This document shows positions 36,051 through 49,810 of a DNA stretch of 64,000 bases, piece by piece; position 1 is the first letter of the stretch; each line of letters begins with the position of its first letter. A program made the translations under genes and the position numbers. Under the pieces are notes generated by a model. That model was given only the letters and a program-made list of their open reading frames with translations, was not told where the DNA came from and made no database searches. Source of the DNA: Glaucostegus cemiculus (taxonomy: Eukaryota); contig CDPCPM010000351.1 in the NCBI GenBank assembly GCA_976551045.1, forward strand, positions 1,922,001-1,986,000, written 5' to 3'.

Positions 36051-39000
36051 ATTAGAGGTGGGGTGCCGTTCAGATGGTGACCAGACTCTGCTCCCTCTGT
36101 TCTCCATCTGGGTGGGACCACATTACCTGATTTCCTTGTTATCTATCCACTCACAGTCAGAGATTTCCCTGCTTTGACTGCTCCCCTGCTGCCCACTCCC
36201 CTACTGCTGGGGCCCCAGGGATCTATCATTGGCCATGCTCCTGTTTCTCCTTTACATTCTCCCCAAGCTGTTGCATCAGAAAACACCGTGCAAACTAATG
36301 ACTCTCAGATTTATCTCCCTGGTGTAACCTGCCCACCAAGTTACCAGACTGCTTATCTGCGATCCGTTTCTGAATAGACCATAAGATATAGGAGTGGAAT
36401 TAGGCCATTCGGCCCATCAAGTCTGCTCCGCCATTCAATCATGGCTGATTTTTTTCACCCCATTCTCATGCCTTCTCCCCGTCCCGTAGCCCCTAACTCC
36501 CTTACCAATCAAGAACCTATCAATCTCTGCCTTAAACCCAATGACTCGGCCACCACAGCCCTCAGTGGCAATGAATTCCACAGGTTCACCACCCTCTGGC
36601 TGAAGAAATTCTCCTCATCTCAGTTCTGAAGGGAGGTCCCTTTATTTTGAGGCTGTGTCCTCAGATCCTAGACTCTCCCACTATCGGAAACGTCCTCTCC
36701 ACATCCACCTCTATCCAGGCCTTTCAGTATCCAGTAGGTTTCAATGAATGTAGAAAAGTTTCCACCAAATAACCAATGAGATAGTGAAGCCACTCTGTTC
36801 TGTGCCAGGACCTCATTTACTTGACCAATGATCCTATCAGGAATGGGATAGATCAAGTAACTACAGACCAGTCAGCATAACGTCACTGGTGGACAAATTT
36901 GTGGAAAAAATGTGAGGGACAGTAGGAAACAGCAAGTGGAAAGGTCAGATTACTCATGAACTGGCAGCACAGATTTTCCAGGGAAAGTTGTTCTGAATAA
37001 CAATTTAATGTTTATGAGTGATAGGGAGGGTCAATGAGGGCAGCAAACCTGATGTTGTCCGCATGGACGTTAGCGATGAACGTGAATATACCACGCGACA
37101 GGTTGATTGAGGAACTGAAAACCCGAAGGAATGAAAGGAAAATGAATTCAAATTGGCTCAGTGGCAGAAAGGAAAAGTTAATAGTTGACATGTGTTTTAG
37201 AGACTCAGGGTTGTGTGCAGTGGGATTTGGGAAGGCTGTTTTGTGATACAGATGAATGATATGATCTTAAGTTTTGAAGCCATGATTAACAGTTTGCCAG
37301 GATGCAAAGAATTACCCATGTGCTTGACAGTGTCGAAGAAAGCCTGCAAGAGAGAAAGAGAGATCAGTTTTTGGATCTCAGAGGAGCAGAGGGATATGGG
37401 GTTAATGCAGGGAAGTACACTGAGCTGAAAGTTCAGACATCATCTAATTGAATGGTGGAATGGTGCAAGGGGCTAACTTGTCTAGTGTTTCCAGATGTTA
37501 ATGGACCTTCTAGGTTAGCGTTAATGTGGCAAACAGAATTTAACCTAGGGGTTGTACGTTCAGGTTGGGAAAACAGGATACAATGAATGTCGTGTCAGAG
37601 GGACACTGGGGTGCATGGCCAAAGACTCCTAAAGATAGCAGGACAGGTGTTACCTGGTGTATTATCTGGTCATCGGCATTTGATTACTTGTGGGATCTTG
37701 TTGTGCACAAATTAATTAAAATAAGAAACAGAAACGGGAGCAGGCCACTCAGACATTCAGTAAGATCATGGCTGATCCTTTACCTATTGAACGGTCCCTT
37801 TGTACGATAAGATGGACTCTTGATTTCACATCTACTTTGTCATAGCTTCTTGCACCTTATTGTCTACCTGCACTGTACCTTCCCCATAGCTATGACATTA
37901 TATTCTGCATTCTGTTATTGCCTTTTCCTTGTGCTGCCTCAGTGTACTGTTGTAATGAAATGATCTGTAGGCATGGCAGGTAAAACAAAGTTTTTCACCG
38001 TACTCGGTACCTGCGACAATAATAAGCCAATTTACCAGGTTACCTCAGCGCCACTTTCCTGCACTAACCCCATATCCCTCAGCTCCTTTATATCTCTGAA
38101 AAACTGTTTGAATATACTCAACAGCTGAGCCCTTGTAACCCTCTTGGGTAGAAAATTCCAATGATTCCCCACTCGCTGGCTGGAAAACTATTTCTTCACC
38201 TCAGTCCTGAATGGCCAACCACTTATTTTGAGACCAGTTCAAGTACTAAAATGGAATATAAAACAGGATTCAAATCTCCTAGAATGTCATAAGTTCCCAT
38301 TTGGTTTGTTAATGTCCCTCAGAGAAGGAAAACTGCTGGTCTACCCGGTCTGATCTAAATGCAACTCCGGGTCCACTAATGTGGTTGACTTTCTACTGTC
38401 TCCTCAGTTCAGGGCTAGTAAAGTATAACAGTGACATCAACATCCCATGAAGAACTACTAAAAAAATATTAGCCGCCACACTTCCTACGTACGGGCTGCC
38501 AGAAACAGTGGTGGAGGCGGATACAATAGGGTCTTTCAAGAGACTGTTAGATAGGTACATGGAGCTTAGTAAAATAGAGGGCTATGGGTAAGCCTAGTAA
38601 TTTCTAGGGTAGGGACATGTTTGGCACAGCTTTGTGGGCCGAAGGGGCTGAACTGTGCTGTAGTTTTTCTATGTTTCTATGTGCAACAGTGCTTTCACTT
38701 CATTGTTCAATGGTTCAAGCATTCCGGGGTCCTGGAAGGGACTTTATGTATCAACACCCTTCCCTTTCTCCATCCTTCAGGAACATGGCCTGTGATATTA
38801 ATGATCTGTGCCACTTCTATGAAGTATTCAGGCTCCTTGCCCACTGGAACTTGTGGGCTAATGCCATGAAGATACTAGTATACAGCCAGTGGTTGTGTAA
38901 TGTTTCTCGAGGTTATGACAGGAGCAACCAGGATCGAGCATCAACCAGGCGAACAGGTTCTGAAACTGAAACCTGAGAAGCAGCCGGCAGTCAGGCTGAA

Positions 39001-39189
39001 GATGCTCGAAGAAGACTTTCTGTTTCATTTTGTGGTCCTGAGGAAGTGGGTGCCTTCTGCAAGCCCTGTAAATCCAGCTCTTGTTGCACCTTGTTACACA
39101 CCTTCCATTCCAGGCTGAGTCACCCCCAGAGCCTGCTATCCCCATTGCTCATATGATCTGAGTGTCAAGAGTTGGCTGAACCTCACACT

Positions 39190-39655
39190 GGGTGGTAGTC
39201 ATTGGGTGATGGTCATTGGATGATAGTCGTTGGGTGGTGATTATTGGCTGATGGTCATTGGTTGGTGGTTATTGGGTGATGGTCATTGGTTGGTGGTTAT
39301 TGGGTGATGGTCATTGGATGATAGTCATTGGGTGGTGGTCATTGGGTGATGGTCATTGGGTGATGGTCATTGGGTGATGGTCATTGGGTGGTGGTTATTG
39401 GGTGATGGTTATTGGGTGATGCTCATTGGGTGGTGGTCATTGGGTGATGGTCATTGGGTGATGGTCATTGGGTGGTGGTTATTGGGTGATGGTTATTGGG
39501 TGATGCTCATTGGATGGTGGTCATTGGGTGATGGTCATTGGATGGTGGTCATTGGGTGATGTGGTGGTTTTCGGTGATGGTTGTCATTGGGTTATGGTCA
39601 TTGGTTGCTGGTCATTGGGTGATGGTCACTGGGTGGTGATTGCTTGCTGGTGGTC
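39190..39655. repeat. 15-bp minisatellite (GGTGATGGTCATTG-G)n
   Basis: About 30 directly visible units. Confidence 0.95.
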
Positions 39656-39749
39656 AGCAAGTTCTGTCTCTCAGTTACCTGATGTCTCCTTGGGTTGATC
39701 CGTGGCACCAAGTTGCCTCGTACTGTGCAATAGTGCTGCTAGTTGCAGT

Positions 39750-40228
39750 TGTGCTTAGAAGAGAGTTGTGGACACAGCTCAGCACATCACAGAAACTAGC
39801 TTCCCCTCCATGGACTCTGTCTACACTTCTCGCTGCCTCAGTAAAGCAGACAACATAAACAAAAACCCCACCCACCCTGGATATTCTCTCTTCTGCCCCC
39901 TCCTATCAGGAGAAGATACAAAAACCTGAAAGCACATACCACCAGTCTCAAGGACAGTTCCTATCCTGCTGTTATAAGACTATTGAACGGTTCACTAGTA
40001 TGGTAAAATGGACTCTTGACTTCATGATCTACCTTGTTATGGCCTTGCACCTTATTGTCCACCTGCACAGCACTTTCTCTGTAACACTTTATTCTGCATT
40101 CTTTTATTGTTTTCCCTTGTACTACCTCAAGGCACTGTTGTAATGAAATGATCTGTATGGATCACGTGCAAAACTTAAGATTTTCACTGTACTCTGGTAC
40201 ATGTGACAATAATAAACCAATTTACCAA
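39750..40228 (+). mobile_element. Rex1/Babar-type LINE 3' fragment
   Basis: Same family; 3' end gtgacaataataaacc. Confidence 0.75.
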
Positions 40229-40592
40229 CTACAGTGGCTGTGAAGAGAAAATCAGAAGTTGCTTGTTGTTCAGTGTGAATATTAAGGGATATGAAACCTA
40301 AGTGAGTGGATTGAGTTAAGTTGATTATTACTCAATGTCCAATGAAGTGGTGCAACATGTCCCCTGTCCCTGGGTTGTGGAGATTCCAATCACCTATTTG
40401 TATATTTGTATACAATATACAATTTGTATATTTGTATACAAACTATTTGTATTTGCAGATATTCAGTTGTTCTTGGAGAATAGGAAATTGTATTTAGAAG
40501 TCTGATATCTGTTTCTGTTGGTTGGTTTAATGACAGATTTGAGATATGACAAAGCTCTCTCCCTCTAACCATTGAATCTCCTTTTATTTTAG

Positions 40593-40694
40593 CATTTGAT
40601 GTGTTCGGGCCTCTGGTGTCTGGTGGAAGAAGACCTACCGTGTAAAACAAAACTGGATCCTCCGCTAGACGGGACAGAGTGTGGTGCTGACAAA
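40593..40694 (+). CDS. ADAMTS17: ADAMTS17 internal coding exon (disintegrin-like domain)
   Basis: Pyrimidine tract + TAG acceptor, GTGAGT donor at 40695; 102 nt, phase 0/0. Translates [34 protein letters not shown] and joins in frame to the previous exon across a ~34.9-kb intron. Confidence 0.95.
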
Positions 40695-40823
40695 GTGAGT
40701 CAAGGTCCACTAATGTTCCATTAGACCTGGTGTTGCCGAGTATTGGTGTGAGACCGCCATAGATTTAGCATTAGCCACTCACGCCCTGTCATCCTAGTCC
40801 AGAAAACCTGGCAGAGGGGGGCA

Positions 40824-41215
40824 TGTTGGAGAGAACAAACTGCTAGCTGTTCAGAAAATAATTTTCCCATCTGACTTTTCCCACGTGTGTTCTTTCAAAT
40901 CTTTCTTGCAGCCCACCTTCCCTTGTGTTCTGTTCCAGTTTCTTCCTGTTGCTGTTCTGTTTGAGGGAACACGCCCATACCCCTGCCCTCCCTCCCACTG
41001 TCCACAACGCATGGTTGGTTGTTGGAGAGAACAAACTGCTAGCTGTTCAGAAAATAATTTTCCCATCTGACTTTTCCCACGTGTGTTCTTTCAAATCTTT
41101 CTTGCAGCCCACCTTCCCTTGTGTTCTGTTCCAGTTTCTTCCTGTTGCTGTTCTGTTTGAGGGAACACGCCCATACCCCTGCCCTCCCTCCCACTGTCCA
41201 CAACGCATGGTTGGT
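40824..41215. repeat. 196-bp tandem duplication
   Basis: 40824-41019 is repeated at 41020-41215 with no mismatch seen by eye. Confidence 0.95.
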
Positions 41216-42792
41216 GGTCACCATCAGCCTGCACAGTAGGCTTTCATCTGACAACTTTTCACACAATTTTCACCTTAGTCCTGCTTCCTGCTCCTGCCCC
41301 ATGTATCTCCAATGGCTGCTGGTTCTTCACCCGATCATGAACTTACTCCTCCATTCTAGAAAACTTTAGGGGAAAAGGAACTCCAATTAAATTAACAGTT
41401 CAAGCTGAAAAGCTGATACTTGCCCCCAAAACCCAGGACGATGAAAAACAGATACTACTGTTTGGGCAGGAGGTACACACCAGTAGTCCCACACCACCAG
41501 GTTCAGGAACAGCTACTTTCCTACAACCATCAGGTACTTGAACCGACCTGCACAACCCTAACCCCACCTCAGCAACGGAAGAGTATGGATCACTTCCGAT
41601 TACCTTTGGTCTTGTCTCCAATTGTGTCTTTTTTTTTGCACTAATGTCTTGTTTTTGCACTGTCTTTTTTTCTCTCTCTTCATTGTCTTGTATAATTTAT
41701 GTACAATTTATGTTTTGTGTGCTGTCTGTACCTACATGCCTGTGATGCTGCTGCGAGCAAGTTTTTCATTGTACCTGTACCTCACCGTACTCGTGCACAT
41801 GACAATAAACTTGATTTGTCTTCCTGGCCTTTGGCCCTGCTGGTTCTCCCCATGTCAGGCCCCAGCTCCTGACTCACAATCATAGGGTCACAAAGTCATT
41901 TTGCTCACCTGTACTAATACAATTTTACCACACTATGACCATATCTCTCTATGCCTTACCTACTTAAACATCTACCTAAATGCCTCTTGAGCATAGTGAT
42001 TATATCTGATTCCACCACCTCTTCTGGCAGTGTGTTCCAGATACCAACCACTCTCTGTATAAAAGCTCACTCCTCTTAGCTCTTGTTTAGGATACCACTA
42101 CCATGGGAAGAGGATTTTGACTATCAAATCTTCTTATAAATTATGCATAATATCTTATATATCTATTTAGCCTGTAATATTATTTTTCTAAATTCTATAT
42201 TGTATCTTCTCGTGAATGTTGCTCTCAGGCTTGACTCACAGGAGTTACCACTAGGAGCCCATGTGGTGACATGCCCACAGAATGCACTGGGCATTGCGTC
42301 AATTTTGCCAAAGTTGGGCTGTAACTCCACACAAGAAAACAATACGATAATCCTCATGAATCACCCCTGAAAAACAATGTAATTGATGATTAAAACTTCA
42401 AACTAGTGCAGGTTTGCAGCAAAACAAGACCTTCTTCCACTTGGTAATTACTGCAGCAACAGGACAGATAAATTGATTAATTTAATGCTGTTCGTCTTAG
42501 TTTTCAAATGGCTACACTTGCGTGTGGGATTCTTGTGAGCGCAGGTGGCTGAGCTGATGAATCCCTCTTGACAAAGTCAGTGGACTCTGGGACTCTGGAT
42601 GCAGGGACTACTGAACTTGCAAAAAAGATTCTGGCTGGTTTGAAGTAACTGAAAAACAGAAAATGGTGGTAAACCTCAACAGGTCAGACAGATGAGGAAC
42701 AGATTTGGGATCTGTGACCCTTTGCCAGAACTATTTCAAACTTATGGTGTCTACAGTTTGACTTTCATTTGGAAGTAACCTAAGGTACTTAC

Positions 42793-43050
42793 GCTTAGCA
42801 TTCCAGTATTTCTTAAATTCTGCCCAGACTGAGCTATTGTTTGTGAAGAAATCCCATGGAATGCAGGCTGTGACCTCTCTGGGTCAGTAACTGCCTCTGA
42901 TAAAGCATAAAAACATCAGTAAGGCAGTGTGTGTGAAAGGGAGAGGATGGCACTTGGAAGTGATATAACCAGCTATGACCTTCTGCCTGTAGTGCAGATT
43001 ATTCCAGTGATCTCCTGGTTGTCACTGTATCTCTGCCCTCAATAAACTTG
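42793..43050 (-). pseudogene. Relic exon: GCC2/GCC3-like Cys-rich repeat
   Basis: RGSY*PREVTACIPWDFFTNNS (GSYCP with the Cys codon reading TGA), ending at a GTAAGT donor (plus 42791-92). Confidence 0.45.
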
Positions 43051-44639
43051 AGCTTGTTTAAAACTTTGCAAACACATAATCAGTCCGATTCACCCAACGC
43101 ACTCCCAACAGCCCCCTTTCAGTCAAATTTTGTTCTTTGCCCTAATATCACGTCATGTGTCAAACTTTGTGAAGAATCTTGGGCCATTCTATAACAGCAA
43201 TGGTGCTTCTTAAATGTAATTGTTCTTGCGCTAACAGTTGTCTAAGATGTTATGAGTGAGTGGTCTGGAATTGCAGGAGGGAAGAAGTGCAGAGGTGCAG
43301 GCAGTAAATAGACCAGTGAATCCTTAAAAATTATTCAGTTTGTGAGAAAGCAGAGGGAATTGAAGATTAGCTCCTTATCAGCTGCAGGGATAAGTACAGA
43401 GGTAATCGATCCAGTGCATTAGTACATGGGAGAGGGGGAGCCTTTCTCCACCAGAACCAGTCTGAAATGATCACATGGGTACCCACTCCCCCAGCTTCTT
43501 ACACTTGGGCTGAATGGTAAGAAAATAAAGAACAAGAGCGAGGGTTAGCTGTTTGACTCTGAACTTGCTTCACCTTTCCACAAGATCTTGGCCTTAGCTC
43601 CACTTTCCTGCCTGACCCTTTTAAACTTTGACTTCCCTTTAGACAAATACCCCCCTTCTATTGGGCCTGAATATATTCAGTAACTCAGTCTCTGCACCTT
43701 TCTGGGTAGAGAATACCAAAGGTTCGCAAACCTCTGCAAATCATGTGAGCAGCTGGTGACTCTCTCCCACGTTCTGGAGCGGTCACTCACAGCCCAAGAG
43801 ACAGTGGTGGACATGGTGGGGAGGGAGAGTAGGCAGACAGAAGGCGATGAAGTTTTGAACAGATGCACCAGCACTGACGACCTGGAAAAGTGAGAACTCG
43901 GAAGGTGACCACCAGGAAAAGTAGGCAGACGTTTCCCAAGGAAGGGAATTGCTGCATTGGCAGGGAGACACAAGAGACTGCAGACGCTGGAATCTGGAGA
44001 AACAACCAATCTGCTGGAGGAACTCAGTGAGTTGAGCTGCATCCACAGGGGAAAAAGGAATCGTCAATGTTTCGAGCTGGAACACTGCATCAGGGAAGCA
44101 CTGCATGATGAGCAGTTGTGTGGGCAGGGACAACTTTATAGTCACAGCTGATTCATCCTGTTCTAAGTGGTGACAGGAGAAGAGGCACATTGGAGTAGGT
44201 CCAAAAGATTTTGGAGAGCAGCCAGAGACAGGGTGAGGAAAAGGATTGCGGTCCCATAGGAAAGGTAATTAATGTGCAGGGACCCAGGGTTGGGATTACC
44301 TTCAGTGACAGAAGTATGTGTGTGACTGGAGAGATGGTGCAGAGGGGCAGCACAGTGGTGCAGCTATTAGAACAGCTGCCTCACAGCTCCAGTGACCTGG
44401 GTTCAGTCCTGACCTCGGGTGCTGTCGGTGTGAAGTTTACATATTCTCCCTGGGTTTCCTCTGGATGCTGCCTGTTCCTTCACACATCCCAAGGACATGT
44501 TGCTTGGTAGGTTATTCAGCCTAAATGTGGGGGTAAACGGTAGAATCTGGGGAGGTGTTGAGGGGATGTAGGGAGAATAAACTGAGACTAATGTGAATGG
44601 ATGAACTGATGGCCAGCCCAGATCCAGTGGTAAAATCAA

Positions 44640-45945
44640 AGAACATAAGAACTAGGAGCAGGAGTCGGCCATCTGGCCCATTGAGCCTGAGCCACCATTC
44701 AATAAGATCATGGCTGCTCTGGCCGTGGACTCAGCTCCACCTAACTGCCTTTTCCCCATAACCTGTAATTCCCCTACTATGCAAAAATTTATCTAGCCAT
44801 GTCTTAAATATATTTAATGAGGTAGCCTCTACTGTTTCCCTGGGTAGAGAATTCCACAGATCCGCTGCTCTCTGGGAAAAGCAGTTTCTCCTCATCTCCA
44901 TCCTAAATCTATTCCACTGAATCTTGAGGTAATGTCCCCTGGTTCTAGTCTCACCTACCAGGGAAAACAACCTTCCTGCCTCTATCTTATATATCCCTTT
45001 CATAATTTTATATTTTTCTATAAGATCCCCTCTCATTCTTCTGAATTCCAGTGAGTATAGTCCCAGGTGATCCAATCTCTCCTCATAGGCTAACCCCCTC
45101 ATCTCCAGAATCCACCTGGTGAGCCTCCTCTGCACTGCTTCCAAAACTAGTGTATCTTTCCTCAAATAAGGGGACCAGAACTGCACGCAGTACTCCAGGT
45201 GCAGCCTCACCAGTACCCTGTACAGCTGCAGCATTACCTCCCTATTATGTCTATGCCTCTCATAATTTTGCAAACCTTTATAAGGGCTCCTCTCACCCTC
45301 TGCCACTCCAGAGGAAAAAATCCAAGACTGACCAACTTCTCCTTATAGTTAACACACGCTAATTGAAGCAACATCTTGGTGAACCTCTTCTGTACCCTTT
45401 CCAAAGCCTCCACATCCTTCCTGTAATGGGGCGACCAGAAATGCACATAGTACTCCAAGTGTGGCCTAATCAAAGTTCTGTACAGCTGCAATATGACCTC
45501 CTGACTTTCATACTCAGTGCTCCAACCAATGAAGGCAAGCGTGCCATACGCCTTCTTTACCACCCTATCTACTTGCGTGGCCACTTTCAGGAGCTATGGA
45601 CTTGGACCCCAAGATTCCCCTGTACATCAATGCTGTTAAAGGTCCTGCTATTAACTGTATACTTCCCCCCCAACTACATTTGACCTCCCAAACTGCAACA
45701 CGTCACACTTGCCCAGATTAAACTCCATCTGCCATTTCTCTGCCCGTATCTATCACTGATCTATATCCTGCTATAGCCTTTGACAACCTTCTTCACTGTC
45801 TACAACTCCAACAATCTTTGTGTCCTCTGCAAACTTACTAACCCACCCATCCATCCATCTACATTTTCATCCAAGTCATTCATATATCACAGACGACAGA
45901 GGTCCCAGCAGTGATCCCTGCAGGACACCACTAGTCTCAGACCTC
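44640..45945 (-). mobile_element. Two joined CR1 LINE 3' fragments
   Basis: LYRVLVRLHLEYCVQFWSPY...LEAVQRR and LYRTLIRPHLEYYVHFWSPHYRKD. Confidence 0.9.
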
Positions 45946-46489
45946 CAGACAAGATTGAAAGAGTTTCAAAATGGTTTGATTAATGCTGGTGCCATTGAAA
46001 AAAGTTCATAACAGCCACTCGAAAAAGGCTGGGCCATGTGGATTCTACAACAAGGGAAAAACCTTATATCTAAAGCTATGCTGTTTAAGGGTAAAATCAG
46101 GAAGCTTCTCTCCATAGATGCTGCTTGGACTGCTAAGTATTTTCAGCATTTTTGGTTTGATTTTAGTTTTTTGGTGTGCTTTATGGAAATGAAATCTGGA
46201 GCTGACATTGCTTGAGCCAGCAGGCTCTGGTTACCCAGCTTCTCCTTCCAACCCATCCTCGGTCACAGGGAAAGGCATTTGCAATTTTGTCTTCCCCGTC
46301 CCTCTGGCCAGCGAGGTCTTTGGGGCATCCTCTGCTCAGCTGCATTGTGGAAGCCCTCCCCACCCTCTACAAGGGGTTCAAGAATGCAGCTGGCCTCCTT
46401 GCTCACCGCCAGCTTCTCATGGACAGTTGAAGGTGGGCAACAAATGCTGGCCCTTCCAGCGATGTCCACAGTCTACAGATGAACAGGGA

Positions 46490-46660
46490 AAAGTCCTCTG
46501 GATGACAAGACTTTCCTGCCCTGCCACCTGCCCACAGAGATCCACAGGACTCTGAACCTGGATGGAACTCAAAAGTCACAAGTGGGCAGGAGAGCTGGCA
46601 GGCTATCAGGAATGTTGCTCCCCACCAGCCCCTTGCAAGGGTACGAGAGTCACAGCGTTA
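46490..46660 (-). pseudogene. Relic exon: GCC2/GCC3-like repeat
   Basis: ACQLSCPLVTFEFHPGSESCGSL, resembling CP.GTF....G...C..C. Confidence 0.4.
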
Positions 46661-47313
46661 TAGAGTCAAGAGACTTGTATAGTATAGAAACAGACCCCTT
46701 GGCCCACTGTCTCCATTCTGACCTCTTCCCCCATCTACGCTAATCCCATTTGCCTACGTTAGGACTGTATCCTTCTATGATTTGCTTATTTAAGTGCCCG
46801 TCTAAATGCCTCTCAAACATAGTAATTGTATCTGATTCCTCTGGCAGCACTTCCAGATATCAGCCACTCTGTGTTTGAAAGGTTTTCACGATCACATTTG
46901 TGAAAGAAGTGAAGCAGAATACCACTGTAAACTCCTCACTTAACCGTCTTCCTATAACATTAAACCCTCCTTCAGGAGCCGCAGTGTTTGCTGCCAGAGA
47001 GGCTGGGAGTGCACTGCCCGCCAGCATTCTCCCCTGATCATTATCCCTGTTGGACCCTAGAACACCCCTGGGAATGGGCCAAGTTATCTCTGGTAGTCGT
47101 GAGCTGGAGTAGAGCCAGATATCTGCAGGCAGGCCCGAGCTGAATATAAAAAGCAGCATCACTCCACATGAGATGATCCAGATTAAGTGGGAAGGAAGGG
47201 TTGGAAGGGAAGAGTGTGATGAGAGCATGTGGACAGTGAAGATTAGATTTTCGGCAGAGAAACAAAGGACTGGAATCTAGTTGAAAACAACAGATGCTGG
47301 AGTCTAGATGAAA

Positions 47314-47466
47314 AACACGATGATGCTGGAGGAACTCAGCAGGCCAGGCAGCATCCGTGGATAAATGCATGTGGTCAATGGAAGGGTCCTGACCTGAAAC
47401 GTTGACCGCCTGCTTTTCTCCACGGATGCTGCCTGGCCTGCTGAGTTCCTCAAGCATCATAGTGTT
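47314..47466. repeat. Inverted repeat (~48-bp arms), Penelope-associated
   Basis: 47314-47361 is the reverse complement of 47419-47466, with about 2 mismatches. Confidence 0.85.
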
Positions 47467-47904
47467 AGATTTTCAGCACTTATGTTAATTGGCTGCCTTT
47501 ACCTTGCCCGGCACGTCCTGTGTAGTTTTCAGTGTTGTCTGAACATTTGCTAATGATTGGAGTCAGCAGTGGAAGCCATGGCAACCTCTCTCCACTTCTG
47601 TACCATGGCTCTCCTTGGTCTGAGGTGAGCTCCCTTCCATAACTGTAGGAAACTTCCACACCAGGGACAAGGCTACACTAACTCTGATGGCCGCTGAAAG
47701 CTCACACTTACTCTTGTTCTTCATCTGAGAGGAAGGACGTTCTATGTCTGTCGTAGAGTCATAGGGTCGTACAGCACAGAGACAGATCCTACGACCCATC
47801 ATATCCATGCCACCATTGTACCTACCTGCACTCATCCCATTCACTGGTATAGGGCCCATAGCCTCAGTGCCTTGGAGATGATCCATTTGATATATCAGCA
47901 ACTA

Positions 47905-48530
47905 GAGTCATCGAGTTATACAGAACAGAACAGGCCCTTCACCCATCTCATCCATGTCGAACAAGTTACCTACCTGAGCTAGGTCCATTTTGCCTGCATT
48001 TGGCCCATGTGCCTCTAAACCTTTCCTATCCATGTACCTGACTAAATGTTTTGTAAATGTTTCAGTTGCACCTACCTCTACCTCTTCCTCTGGCAGCTTG
48101 TTCCAAATACCCACCACCCTCTTTGTGAAAAATTGCCCCTCAGATCCCCTTTAAGTTTTTCCCCTCTCATCTTAAACCTATGGCCTCTGGTTTTAGACTG
48201 CACCACCCTGGGAAAAAGGCTGTGACTGTTCATCTTATCCATGCCCCTCATGATTTTATATACCTCTACAAGGTCATCCCTCAGCCTCTTAGACGACAGA
48301 GAAAAGAAACAACCAATCCAGTCTGTCCTTATAACTGAAGTTCTCTAGTCTCGTTAAATCTTTGTGAATCTTTCTGCACCCTTTCCAGCTTAATAACATT
48401 CCTCCTATAGCTAGCCGACCAGAACAGCACACAATACTCCAAGTGTGGTCTCACCAACATCTTGTAACATGACTTGTACTCAATACTCTGGCAAATGCCT
48501 CCTTCACCACCCTGTCTACCTATCTTATAC
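47905..48530 (-). mobile_element. CR1 LINE 3' fragment
   Basis: LVRPHLEYCVLFWS and VVGIWNKLPEE. Other CR1 3' fragments at ~5143-5410, 10335-10660, 16000-16830, 31155-31425, 36375-36745, 38490-38680, 52400-52740, 56110-56725 and 59340-59620. Confidence 0.85.
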
Positions 48531-49224
48531 AATGCAACATAGTTACATAACATAATAAGTCATTCCCAAGGTGGATTTCATTATTGCATAAGAGATTAGG
48601 GCAGGTAGACAAGAGCATGGTCAAGGGAATGAATTTTCAAGAGTTTCAAAAGGAGTGGAGAGAGGGAGAGAGGTTTACTGGGACACCTCTGGAGGTCTGG
48701 GCCGAGACAGCTGAAGGTAATAGTGGAACACGACAAATGGTAGAAGCTCAATAGACAGAATTGGACAAGCACTGAGATTTCAGAGGGGCTTGGGGGTGGA
48801 GCAGATAGAAAAGGCGGAGACTACGGATGAATCTGAAGGTGACAAGGGGAATTTTAAAATCATATTTTAAAATCAATTTGCGGCACGATAGTGTAGCGGT
48901 TAGCGTGACGATGTTACAGCGCCAGCGATCGGGGTTCGATTCCCGTCATTGACTGTAAGGAGTTTGTACGTTCTCCCGTGTCTGCATGGATTTCCTCCGG
49001 GTGCTCCAGTTTCCTCCCACATTCTGAAAGACGTACGGGTAGGTTAATTTTGGGGCTTAAAATGGGCGGCGCGGACTCGTTGGGCCGAAAGAGCCTGTTA
49101 CCATGCTGTAAATAAAATTTTAATTTTAATTTTAAAAATATATTGCTGGACTAGTTGTCAATGTAGGTCACCAATGTGAGTAGTTAGGTAGGTGGGGCAG
49201 GTGGCCTTTCCTGTTAGGAGCTTT

Positions 49225-49810
49225 TCTATCAGGAGGCTAAAGCAATTTGACATGTCCCGTTGACCCTCACCAATTTTTATAAATGCACCATAGAAAGCAT
49301 CCTATCTCGATGCGTCACAGCTTGGTATGGCAACTGCTCTGCCCAGGACCACAAGAAATTGCAGAGAGTTGTGGACACAGCTCAGCCCATCATGGAAACC
49401 AGCCTCCCCTCCACAGAGTCTGTCTATGCTTCTTGCTGTCTTGGTAAAGCAGCCAACATAATCGAAGACCCCCACCCACCCTGGGCATTCATCCCCCCCA
49501 TCAGGCAGAAGATACAAAAGCCTGAAAGCACATACCACCAGGCTCAAGGACAGCTTCTATCCTGCTGTGATAAGACTACTGAACGGACGTACCTCTTGTA
49601 CTATAAGATGGACTCTTGACCTCACAATTTACCTCATCATGGCCTTGTACCTTATTGTCTGCCTGCACTGCACTTTCTCTGTAACTGTAACACTACATTC
49701 TGCATTCTGTTACTGCTTTTCCCTTGTACGGATATGCTGAATGATCTGTATGGATGGCATGCAAAACAAAGTTCAGTACATGTGACAATAATAAATCAAT
49801 TACCAATTTA
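49225..49810 (+). mobile_element. Rex1/Babar-type LINE 3' fragment
   Basis: TNFYKCTIESILSRCVTAWYGNC; same 3' UTR. Further short copies at ~37780-38035, ~50245-50652, ~54350-54550 and ~55015-55170. Confidence 0.8.

Noticed and set aside
39190-39698. ORFs with GDGHWVMVIGWW repeats
   Set aside because: Translation of a 15-bp minisatellite.
44731-45584. 191-aa and 116-aa ORFs as host genes
   Set aside because: CR1 ORF2 C-terminal fragments; the longer ORF is a chimera of two adjacent insertions.
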